From: Penicillus capitatus
Taxonomy: Eukaryota; Plantae; Chlorophyta
Reading direction: 5' to 3'
Assembly (NCBI GenBank): GCA_965649825.1
Contig: OZ287694.1
Location: 2,263,313 to 2,327,312, forward strand
Length of the DNA stretch: 64,000 bases
Position 1 is the stretch's first letter. Each line of letters begins with the position of its first letter. The position numbers were made by a program, and so were the translations under genes. Positions 1 to 9,055 of the stretch are shown here, piece by piece. Under the pieces are notes generated by a model. The model searched no databases. It was not told the DNA's origin and saw only the letters and a list, made by a program, of their open reading frames with translations.

Positions 1-382
1 CCAGAGATCGCGATACCCTTTGCTAGATGTGGGCCATTTGGAGATCAATGAGGTAGACGGAGGACATCTTGCTAAAAACAGAAAGTGCTGTGGCAGATGG
101 CACGGTCAAATCCTATTCTCCAACCACAGGACGGCACTTTGCGTCTCCTGGTGCAGTTCTCATGATCAGACAAGAGGACAGAATGTCTCAGTCCTTGCAG
201 ATGACAGCGACGGATGCATCTGTGATGTGACGGCACTGAATGCTCCATGCAGTCTGCAGGCACTAAGCATAAGGATTCCCAACAGCAAAGAAAGGACATG
301 CACCTGCAGCCTCTACACATGGAGCAGAAACCGCTGGACTGTGCACAGCCGCCAAACCCTTCTCCATTTTTCCATGCAGTAA
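1..382 (+). CDS. Partial 3' exon of a possible WD40-like protein running in from the window edge
   Basis: Open frame to TAA at 382; segment CVSWCSS...GQNVSVLADDSDGCICDV loosely resembles a WD40 repeat. Weak. Confidence 0.25.
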   Translation, partial: QRSRYPLLDVGHLEINEVDGGHLAKNRKCCGRWHGQILFSNHRTALCVSWCSSHDQTRGQNVSVLADDSDGCICDVTALNAPCSLQALSIRIPNSKERTCTCSLYTWSRNRWTVHSRQTLLHFSMQ

Positions 383-870
383 TGCACAGCCGCGCTGAGA
401 AACGAGACGGTTAAATGCAGGGACATGCCGTCTTTATGCGTGTTGAGGCGGCGCAGAACGCGACGCCGTTCGCGTTTGAGCCGGTGTCTCGGGCTTAACG
501 CCGGGATGCGATTTGTGGGGCTCAGAACGCTAGGCGGAATCTGCCTCGTCAGACTCGAAGATCTGGTTCGCCGCATCGCGCTGTCATGGACAGTCGCGAG
601 CCACAAAATGCATCAGCGCATGGAACCTACCACTCGTGCTGACGATCAAGTACCCATTTCAGCTGCATTTGCGCGTACCCGTCCTTCATTGTGTTGACTG
701 CCGCCATGAAGGACCAGTCGAGCTTTATAGAAAAGATCCGAAGCTGCCTGTTCTGGCCGCGTATATTTCGCCGAAACGCGACGACCGTCGGCAAAGGCAC
801 CAATCCCACCGCGCCTGTCCATTTCGCAAAGTGCGTGCCTCGTGCCCTCTACCTCTTGTGATTTTTTGAC

Positions 871-2190
871 GTGGGTAGGCCACTCATTAAGCGCCCCCAA
901 GGGACGAAGTTCCGCACCCTGTTGTCCATTGACGGCGGCGGCGTGCGCGGCATCATCCCTGTCATGGTATTGCTGGAGCTGGAGGACACCATCAAGGAGC
1001 ATATCCTTGAGAACCGCGACACGCTGGTGCCAGAAGACATACGCGACCGTATCGACTCGGTGGACGACTTCGACATCAATCTTGTCGACTACTTCGACCT
1101 CGTGGCGGGAACGTCCATTGGGTCGTGGATTGCCTGCTACATCGCTGCACGTGGACGCGGGACCGAGGCGTTTTTGAGAGACCCGAGGGTCGTGGCGTCT
1201 TATGGTCATATCCGTCCAGGATGTGTGGAGGCGAGTCGCGCGGTTACTCAGGTGCTCAGTCATAAGGTGTTTAAATCCAAGCGCCTCTTTCCACGAGTTA
1301 CGAGTCTGTTTCGGCCGCCTTTCTCTTCGGATGGGCTCTGCGATGTGCTGCATACGATGTTTGGCGAGGCGACGATGGACGACCTGGAGACGGATTGCCT
1401 CATCACGGCCTACGATATGAGGCGCAATGCCGCGTGCTGCTTCCTTCGAAACTTAAACGCTGAAAAAAAGAACATCCTCGTGCGTACGACTGTGCGACAC
1501 GGACCTCGAAGTTCTACACCAGCAGCAGCCGCCGCCGCCGCCACTGATACCACTTCTCCCCAGTTAGAAGGACAAAATGGAACGAGTCAGGACAACGAGT
1601 GGACTCCCGATCTCGCATTCGACAGCGGCAAAAACTATCGCCTCAGAGACATTGCCCTGGCCAGCAGCTCCCTTCCGCTGGGTTTCCCTCCAGCGCGCAT
1701 TTCGCCGATCAATGTGAAGTATCCAGAAGAACTCGTCCTCGTCGACGGCGGCGTCGTTGCAAGGAATCCGACCTTACAGGCACTGACCTACATTCCGAGC
1801 ACGATCCAATCGCGCAACGTTCGTAAAGTCGCTATCTTTTCCGTCGGCTGCGGGCTAGTGGATATAACAGAAGACCTGAATCTGAATCCGGGAGCTATTT
1901 GGTGGATGGAGTCTGGTCGTCTCCTCGACGCTTACGGCAATGGAGCGAGCGAGTACATTCAAGCCACGATGGATTACTGGCTATACGGAAACATCGGTCT
2001 GCCGTTCGGACAGTACGTTCGCATACAAGTATCCGCGGCAGAAAACACGGAAACCGGTCGAATCCTGTCCACTTGGAACAATCCCGACAATGCACCTGCT
2101 CTTGAACAGATTGGCCGCGATTTGGCCCAAACGAATCGCTCTGAGATTAAGAGATTCGTCAAAGATTACATCTTTGGTCCTGCATCATAA
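871..2190 (+). CDS. Patatin-like phospholipase, 439 aa, apparently intronless
   Basis: LSIDGGGVRG oxyanion motif, GTSIG nucleophile motif (GxSxG), LVDGGV catalytic Asp motif, NPT motif. Confidence 0.93.
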   Translation: MGRPLIKRPQGTKFRTLLSIDGGGVRGIIPVMVLLELEDTIKEHILENRDTLVPEDIRDRIDSVDDFDINLVDYFDLVAGTSIGSWIACYIAARGRGTEAFLRDPRVVASYGHIRPGCVEASRAVTQVLSHKVFKSKRLFPRVTSLFRPPFSSDGLCDVLHTMFGEATMDDLETDCLITAYDMRRNAACCFLRNLNAEKKNILVRTTVRHGPRSSTPAAAAAAATDTTSPQLEGQNGTSQDNEWTPDLAFDSGKNYRLRDIALASSSLPLGFPPARISPINVKYPEELVLVDGGVVARNPTLQALTYIPSTIQSRNVRKVAIFSVGCGLVDITEDLNLNPGAIWWMESGRLLDAYGNGASEYIQATMDYWLYGNIGLPFGQYVRIQVSAAENTETGRILSTWNNPDNAPALEQIGRDLAQTNRSEIKRFVKDYIFGPAS

Positions 2191-2585
2191 GAGAACGAAC
2201 GGTTTTTGAATTTCCCGACAGCTGAGCTGTTTTCTTTTATACCTTTTTTGTCCTTTATGGCCTGAAATCAAAATCCAACTCTGCAACCTCCAAAGCAACG
2301 CTGTTATTATCTTGACTGTAGTGCCAAGTCTTCTGGTTGAACGCGCTTTATGATGACGCAAAAAACTCTGCGATGCATATCAAGAAGCCGCCGACATCTG
2401 TTTACACAGACGTTCTAAACACAAGGTCTTCTCAACGTGTCTAAATCTGTGTATTCCGATAAAGGACGATTGTCGAAAGATCGACGAAAGTAGTCATCGT
2501 CTTTACGCTTCATCTGATCTCGACTCACTCTGCGCTTTGTCGGAGAAAAGCGTACTCTACATACTACTGTAGAAGTCAATTTCGT

Positions 2586-3130
2586 TTATATCTCCAGAAG
2601 AATATGCAGACATTTTACAGCTGCGACCCTCGGAAGCGAAGACCTCTGGCGCTGCATATGTTCGTCAGAGCTGTGTGTTCTGGCTATTGCTTCTTCTATG
2701 CGGAAAGCGTCGAGAGAGTGGACATTGCTAGAATAGATTTTTCCTCTTCTTGAGCGCCGGAGGTTAGCAAAAGAGAGACGAGTTGACGTTCGCGGTGTAG
2801 TGACAAGTTCTTCAGTGACGAACACCAAAAGAGTGGCACTTAACCGGCCCTGTTCCTCGCAGACGAAACGCACCTAATGGACACACGTGAAGAGAGGTTG
2901 GCCTGTCTGAGGTAATATGTGGACCTCCGTCGTTCGTTTCTCGTTCTTTTCGTCGCGGATGTCGCCGTTTGTAAAAAGCTGTCGGATGCAGTCGACCGTC
3001 TTCCCCCTGCGATATCCTCCCGAGAGCAGCGAAGGCCGTGAGTGAGTGGAGAGACGTTCGGGTATGGCGCAGGAATTAGAAGTTGCCTTCCGCAGATGTA
3101 TCGCGTGCGAAGCTCGTGATACCGTCTGAG
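2586..3130 (-). pseudogene. Hypothetical spliced gene Y, copy 1, of the duplicated cassette; one of the two copies appears frameshifted
   Basis: Frame PSLLSGGYRRGKTVDCIRQLFT...E|VRFVCEEQGRLSATLL (GT-AG intron) aligns with PSLLSGRHRKGKRIEYMRQLYT...D|VRFVCKEQRELSASLL at ~45.8-46.0 kb, with synonymous changes. Indels break the frame elsewhere. Confidence 0.4.
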
Positions 3131-3943
3131 CTCACAAACGTTATATGACCGTCGAAGATGATGGTCGGTGTTGCTTGGAATCACTGCCGTTGAAAGACTA
3201 TCGGTCTATATACCTCGCACGTACGATACACTTTTCCAAATACAAAGTATTGAAAACCAACCAACCTATGTACTTACTCTATTATATGCGTCCAAAAAAC
3301 AACCGATTGTTAAGCGCACACAAACAAAAAACTTATGCGAAACATAGAGAATCCAATTACATACCACCAGTTCGGTTCGATTCATAGAGTTCGAACTTAT
3401 GTTAATACAAGGATACAGCCCCGGCGGAGAAACAGCCAGTTCGATTTATATGCATCGAACTCATTCATGTTGACAGAGAAAACAACAAAAGCAACAAGCT
3501 TACGACACTGAAAACGAAAACAGAGCGCTAGCGCGGGAAAGAAAAACCACGTTGCCCACGAAGACGCTAAAGAAAAAACGCGGCATATCAAGTCGACTGC
3601 AAAACTCTAGGTCAACAAGCCGCACGCAGTGAAGCAAAGAACGCAGCCCCACAACAATCTTCGTTCTTTCGCCACGATCACCCTACGCTCTCCACTCCTC
3701 GCATTCCTGGTCGCCAAGCTTTGGCCTGCACCGCGTATGCGCCATGCGTATTCTCCCCTTCATCGCACAACACCGATAAAAGAGTTAGATCGCCAACTCG
3801 CTATCCCTCCACGTCGACCCTTGACATTATCTTCTCTCCTCGCCCGCCCATCGCGACATGATTCCGCCATCCGAAGGGATACCCCCGATACATACAACCT
3901 CCGACGAAACCTAATCCGCACGTCAGACCGCTTTAACGGTCAC

Positions 3944-4771
3944 CTATCTTCTTGATTTCTTCTTTGCGCCTTTAGATGAACTTCCCGCGCCACTGTCGAC
4001 CTTCTGTTTTGCGCTAACATCCTTTAACTTCGCCATTCGTTCTTCTCGAGCTCGCGTGTCTCGTAGACCGTAACAACGCTTTGCCTCGCTCTCCCTTTTC
4101 AATTCTTCTTTGTACGACAAGCCCTGACTACGGCGTTTAGAACCGCGGCTCCCAGATTTCTCCTTCGTTTCGTCTCCATCTTCGTCTACTTCTGGTTCCG
4201 GATGCGCCTCAGTGACGATTTCTTCTTCTTGTTCCGCTTCCGGCGGCTCCTCCGCAACGACCTCCGTATCCGGTGGCCCCTCCGCAACGACCTCTTCCGC
4301 TTCTTCCCCCTCCTCGGGGATCTTCTTGTCCGCGGCCACATCGCCCGCCTCGTCTAAGATGAACTGAACGAAGCTGACTGCCAGTCCAAATATACGTTGA
4401 CGCACCACTTCCACGGTTCCTCTGAACGCCGACGACATGTTCCTTGCAAACACTGCAACTCTAAGGGGCATCGCACCGTCGCCAAAGTGTGCTCCGAAGG
4501 CTGTCGTCAAAACGTGCCTAATAATTGTCGCGAAATCGGCCCACGTGGCTCCGTGTTCGTCAATACCCTTCGGATCCACTTCTTCGCAAACCCACGAGAC
4601 GAGATCAATGTCGACAAACGTCTTACGCGAGGAATACGGATATATATGATCCAAATGTCTTGAAAGGGTGACGTAAAAAATTCTATACTTTTCAAGGTCG
4701 ATGGCTTCTTGCTGCAAAACGTTCATGGTACGGTCTGTCAAAATCCGAGCGGCAGAAAGATAGGCACCCAT
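3944..4771 (-). CDS. Orphan protein ORF X, copy 1 (275 aa from MGAYLS): helical N-terminal domain, acidic E/P linker, basic C-terminus
   Basis: Single-exon ORF; first in-frame ATG at 4771 is conserved in paralog 47350-48186; the reading frame is preserved in both copies. Confidence 0.75.
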   Translation of the reverse strand: MGAYLSAARILTDRTMNVLQQEAIDLEKYRIFYVTLSRHLDHIYPYSSRKTFVDIDLVSWVCEEVDPKGIDEHGATWADFATIIRHVLTTAFGAHFGDGAMPLRVAVFARNMSSAFRGTVEVVRQRIFGLAVSFVQFILDEAGDVAADKKIPEEGEEAEEVVAEGPPDTEVVAEEPPEAEQEEEIVTEAHPEPEVDEDGDETKEKSGSRGSKRRSQGLSYKEELKRESEAKRCYGLRDTRAREERMAKLKDVSAKQKVDSGAGSSSKGAKKKSRR

Positions 4772-5154
4772 CACGGTTACGGCTCGCAAAAAATCAGGAA
4801 GACGAACGCTGTCGCGCAGAATGTTTAACGGAACCGATTTGAATCGCAGGAGATCGTAAACTTTGAAACGCAAAGTCTTGCACGATAACTGTACATCTAC
4901 AACGCTTTTATAGGGTGGCGTTTAGTGATGTCACATCAAAGCCGCGGCGGGCCTATTTTAAGTACCAAAAAGGAATATTCTCCGAGGATTCCGGAATCTA
5001 CTTGGAATCTGTGACGTAGAGCCGCGGGTCTATTTGTGGATGGGAAGGTATAGAGAACCTACGACCTGTCACCTGGAGATCGACACAAGTGTAGGTAGAT
5101 GAGCGCATTAGCGTGAGCGCTACGTCTTAACACGACAGCAGCGTGCGCAGAAAT

Positions 5155-5250
5155 CCGCGAAACCCTAATGCGCGATACTAATATATAGTGTTCAAACCTG
5201 CGGTTAGCTTTCGTATCTCGGAGGGCGATTGGCTGATGCGACGTCACCGC
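5155..5250 (-). promoter_or_regulatory. Putative promoter module (telo-box AAACCCTAAT, TATATA, CCAAT-type ATTGG, ACGT core), conserved at 48260-48355
   Basis: Motifs are visible in both cassette copies upstream of ORF X. Confidence 0.45.
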
Positions 5251-5472
5251 CATGTGTCATCTCGGTTACAGGTTCTAAATCCAAGACCTCTGTTCAATCG
5301 GGATTCTCCGTAGAGAAGCGTCGCCGCACGTAAGAACTGTGAGGCCGTTGATTTGACCCAACAGATTGATGGGAATGGGACCGTCAGAGGAAGCTTCACG
5401 TATTACGGAGCAAAGGTATCTACAGGTTCGCATTCATGTATTTGTATGCACGCTTGTGACTTGACTGGTTAG

Positions 5473-5790
5473 TCATCTGCCTCGCAGAACCATAGAAAAG
5501 GAACCCTGAGGTGACGTGAACCTTGCAAAAGTGCACCTTCGGAGACACAACTTTTGGAAAACTAGGCAGTCACGATGTGATAGCCCAATCCTACTGACAG
5601 GGACAAACGAGATGACGTTTCGCATTAAAAGGACAGAACGATTGTGTGAAGAACTCCCTCCGGCACCTTCGCCCTGCACCTCCCTTTCGACGTCCTCGGC
5701 TTGGACGACGCGGATTTCTCCTTCGTCTTGACCGGGGAGTGGAGGAAAAGCATCGTCGTTGGAGTCGTTCCCGTGTTGACTCATCTCACA
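5473..5790 (-). CDS. Hypothetical exon or small protein (MSQHGNDSNDDAFPPLPGQDEGEIRVVQAEDVE...)
   Basis: Protein-like acidic N-terminus; no recognisable family; no counterpart seen in cassette copy 2. Confidence 0.25.
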   Translation of the reverse strand, partial: CEMSQHGNDSNDDAFPPLPGQDEGEIRVVQAEDVEREVQGEGAGGSSSHNRSVLLMRNVISFVPVSRIGLSHRDCLVFQKLCLRRCTFARFTSPQGSFSMVLRGR

Positions 5791-6229
5791 AACGCAGCGG
5801 AAGTCTCGAAATTGGACGACGGTGGGCGAGAGTTCGAAGGCCACACAAACAGCGTTAGCAGCAAAGGGTGACTTGTTACAACTTGACGATAGACAGCGAA
5901 TGTTTTATAAGATGTAAACAGAGTGTATGCGATTCACAGATGACAAAGGAACTTGAATGTCAAACGAAAGATGTTTTATGTGTCCGAACCTTGTTTAAAT
6001 ACTCAATCCTTGATGTGACATGAGGAAAAGTGCAAGAAGTTCAAGAGTGAGTTCATAGTGAGGTTCCCACTGAGACTAGGAAGTTCAGCGTGAAATTCTA
6101 GAAGCTTCCTGAGAAGCCCAGTGTGAACTTCGCAGGGACTCACTCCTTGTCATCGCGACTCAGCAGCGACGGTCATGTCGCGTGGCCAAGAGCGAAAACA
6201 AAACATCAAAACATTATTACGGTCACCGT

Positions 6230-6476
6230 TGTCGCCAAGATTTGGCGTGTCGATGTGACTGCCTCGTTTCCGATGGGTTCACGTCTTGGGGGGTTGCAGG
6301 TTGAGTCATCTGGGGCGCTATTCTTTGGTTCTGGCGCAAGGATGACTCACCTGCCTAGGCAGGTCACATCGCTTCTGGGGTATAAAACGGATAGTCGGAA
6401 CGCTACTTTGCCTTGCTCCAACAGTTGTAAAAGGACTTCCGCTGTTTGCTGTTTTCGTCCGACCCGACCGGCGACA
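6230..6476 (+). mobile_element. Solo LTR, family 2 (copy E, 247 bp)
   Basis: Starts TGTCGCC and ends GGCGACA (TG..CA with 7-bp inverted termini); perfect 5-bp TSD ACCGT (6225-6229, 6477-6481); TATAAAA at 6381; TGTAA at 6426; two TGASTCA sites. Confidence 0.85.
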
Positions 6477-6512
6477 ACCGTCACATCAACGTCCCTTGTG
6501 TTTCGCGCCTTT

Positions 6513-7060
6513 TGTCGGCAAGATGTAACAGGACCACTGGATAGAATAGATGAATGGGACGGGATGATGGGACTGCCTGGCTGAGGACGGGGTCATGTGT
6601 TGAGGGGGCGCTCGGGGTCTTGTCATGTGGGGTTTTGGACCAAGAAGGGGCCACTGTCGCGCGGAGGCGCCGAACGAAAACGATAACAGCGGAAGACTTA
6701 CAGTGTTCGGAGCAAGGTGAAAACCTGTTCAGATTCTGCATTATATAGTCGCCTGCTGACGTAACCCTTCTAGAATGGTGAGTCAGCTCGTGCTCAGGGC
6801 CAGAGAAAAGCGTCCCAAGACGCAGTTGACAAGACAGGCGGCACCCCCTCGCACGGTGGACCCTCCCAAAACAAGGCAGGGTCACATCGCTCGGCGATAG
6901 CCACATTTCCTGGATCTGGATGAAGGGTGACTCATCTGTTTTGAGGGTCGCATCGTCTGGACCGGATAAAAGGGGACGGAACGTTAGGATTTTGCCTTTG
7001 TTTTAAGAGAGTTTTCCTTCGTTTCGTTCTTGCGTCGCACCTCGCCAAACGCAGAAGCTA
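6513..7060 (+). mobile_element. Degenerate family-2 LTR (copy G), interrupted by copy A
   Basis: Starts TGTCGGCAAGAT and resumes after A's TSD with TGACTCA and GGATAAAA; 3' end and TSD not resolved. Confidence 0.5.
6655..6899 (-). mobile_element. Solo LTR, family 2 (copy A, 245 bp)
   Basis: Termini TGTCGCG / GGCGATA; perfect TSD GCCAC (6650-6654, 6900-6904); minus-strand TATATAA (6741-6747) and TGTAA (6698-6702). Confidence 0.85.
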
Positions 7061-7408
7061 TGTGATCGAGCAACAGAACCGAGAACTCTGAAGCGTCCCG
7101 GCGGACAAACAGCCTACGGGTGTGCGACCTGCGATGCCTTTGTCGTGTTCGATAGAAGACGCATTGTTTGGATGCTTGGAAATCAACAATTAAGGATCTG
7201 ATCAATCGAAGGACGCCAAACGCTGCGCTAGTGTTGTCAGACAAGACTGTCACATCACCTGTAGCATATGAATACATGGATGTGAACGCATGTGTACCTA
7301 TGCTCTGTAAAAACGTGAAGCTTTCCTCTGACATGGTTTCGGAGCGCAGTTAACGCTCCTGTGTTTGAACTCCGTCTGAGTGACGTTGCGCGATTCGCTG
7401 AGCGTCTT

Positions 7409-7600
7409 TGTCGCCGAGCGATGTGACCCTGCCTCCTTTCTGAGGGGGCCACGTCCGTGGGGGTGCTGGCTGACTCATCTGAGGCGTTGATTTCTGGTTC
7501 TGGCGTTGGGGTGACTCACTTACTCAGAGGGTCAAATCACAAGAAACGGATAAAACCCTGGATTTGTGCCTTTTGTAAGCTTTTGTGCCTTCTGCGCAAC
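7409..7600 (+). mobile_element. Degenerate family-2 LTR sequence (copy F) inside the Pol-less element
   Basis: Starts TGTCGCCGAGCGATGTGACCCTGCC like copies A and D; two TGACTCA sites; GGATAAAA at ~7548; TGTAA at 7574; no TSD found. Confidence 0.6.
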
Positions 7601-8137
7601 GTGCGTGTGTGAGCAAATTCCACCCTGGCTGCCGACGAGGCGCAATTACCTTCGCGTGCCGTTATTCCATACCCACCACTGTACCAAAACACGCCATATT
7701 TGTCGGCCCTCGACTTCTTTAGACAAGCGGAACGAGGGAGCCCTGACACTCGGCAGGATATTATTCAAGCCGGGAACCAACCGTTTATCCCTGTGGAAGA
7801 AGGACCGACCGACCGACGCAGAGGTCGACGAAGAAAGATCCCAAGGGGATCCTAATCCTAGGCGACAGTCTTTTACGTGGTGCTTTGGGCTGTGTGTGCC
7901 CCAAGTCGTTTGTGTCCGTTCGAAACTTGCGTTCAGTGTTTGTGCGGTGCGCTGGTGACTACGACCGCGTGTTCGTTTGTTCGTTCGAAGTTCGTTCGGA
8001 GCATTGGCGGTGCGCTTGTGGTTGCGACCGCGTGTGTTGACTTGTGACCTACGTTTTTGGCGTTTGTTGCGCATTACGCCTTCCTTTGTGGAAGTCGAGT
8101 CCTGTTTCCAAGGAATCTCAAGAAAGCATCGATAAGG

Positions 8138-9055
8138 ATGAGTCGAGCACAACATAGAGGGCAGGGTCAAACAGAGGAAAGATGCAGAATCCTCTTAAGG
8201 GAGCTGCGTCAGGTGGACACGGAAAACGGAATACTACGGGAGAGATTGCAGGAAGCTGAGCGAGCGAGGACGCAAATGGGACGTGAATGGAATGCCAGGA
8301 GTGATGAACTCGCCAACCTGCAAATGGCTTTACAGGAGATCCGCACTGAGAATGAGAAGCTTCGAGAAGACGTTGCGAAGGCGACGCAGGCAACAAAGAA
8401 AATCCGCACTGAAACTTCCTCTCTACGACAAAAACTGAAAGAGACCGAGACGGCCTTTGCAGAGGCAAAAAAAAAACATTTTATTATGGCACCTGCTTTG
8501 GTGCCTAGTCTTCAGTCGTTGACCGGTGAAGTGAGGATGCTGCAGAAGACAGTGCAGAAGAACGGTGAAAAGACAGCCGAGGCGCTAGCGAGGAGACCAC
8601 CGGAAGATTTTGCATCTGGTATACGGTCGCTTAGCAACGAGGTAAAGACGGTAAGAGTGGACCTGAAGACCAAATTCGACAAGACAGCTGAAGCGATAAC
8701 GACAAGACGTGCGGAAGGACAGCGACATGCGAGGACGCTGCAGCAAATGAAACGAGTGCTGCACGACATAGGGCGGTATCCGAAAAGACAGCGAACGAGA
8801 GCTGACGGGACCGATGGAATGAGGAACGTCAAGCACGGCAGAATTTGTTACTGCTGCCGAAGTAAAGGACATCTGGCAAACGATTGTTCGCGGGCGCGGA
8901 ATTCGGATATGGTCGAGTCACCAGCGGGTCCAAATACGTCGTATACGCAACAGCGTACGGAAAGTCCACGGGAACCAGCGGTTAATGAAACTGCATCAAC
9001 GGGTTGGAACGTCTTTTCAATGTTTAAACGGATGTTTACCTCGGGTATCGATTGA
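8138..9055 (+). CDS. Gag-like ORF of the LTR element: long coiled coil + one CCHC zinc knuckle (305 aa)
   Basis: CYCCRSKGHLANDC fits Cx2Cx4Hx4C; heptad-rich N-terminal two-thirds; only long ORF between the LTRs. Confidence 0.8.
   Translation: MSRAQHRGQGQTEERCRILLRELRQVDTENGILRERLQEAERARTQMGREWNARSDELANLQMALQEIRTENEKLREDVAKATQATKKIRTETSSLRQKLKETETAFAEAKKKHFIMAPALVPSLQSLTGEVRMLQKTVQKNGEKTAEALARRPPEDFASGIRSLSNEVKTVRVDLKTKFDKTAEAITTRRAEGQRHARTLQQMKRVLHDIGRYPKRQRTRADGTDGMRNVKHGRICYCCRSKGHLANDCSRARNSDMVESPAGPNTSYTQQRTESPREPAVNETASTGWNVFSMFKRMFTSGID

Larger units (their letters stand above)
2750..5250 (-). repeat. Dispersed duplicated cassette, copy 1 (gene Y + conserved spacer + ORF X + promoter); paralog at ~45680-48355, same orientation
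   Basis: Collinear nucleotide similarity by eye, e.g. CGCCGGAGG...TTGACGTTCGCGGTG at the left end and AAACCCTAAT...GATTGGCTGATGCGACGTCAC at the right end. Confidence 0.9.

Noticed and set aside
1219-1266. Possible in-frame 36-nt GC-AG intron in patatin (GAG|GCGAGT...CATAAG)
   Set aside because: It is shorter than other introns here, has no stop, and the encoded helix is expected in patatins; it is treated as coding.
3800-3860. Purine tract followed by TGTCAAG after ORF X, suggesting a PPT + 3' LTR and ORF X as a gag
   Set aside because: No matching 5' LTR, PBS, closing TTGACA end or TSD was found, and the TG is not conserved in copy 2.
6670-6750. TATA + ~20-nt leader + GTAAGT looked like spliced-leader RNA genes
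   Set aside because: The leaders differ between copies and there is no Sm site. The repeats have TG..CA inverted termini and 5-bp TSDs, and the conserved word is TGTAA (poly(A)-like), so solo LTRs explain it better.
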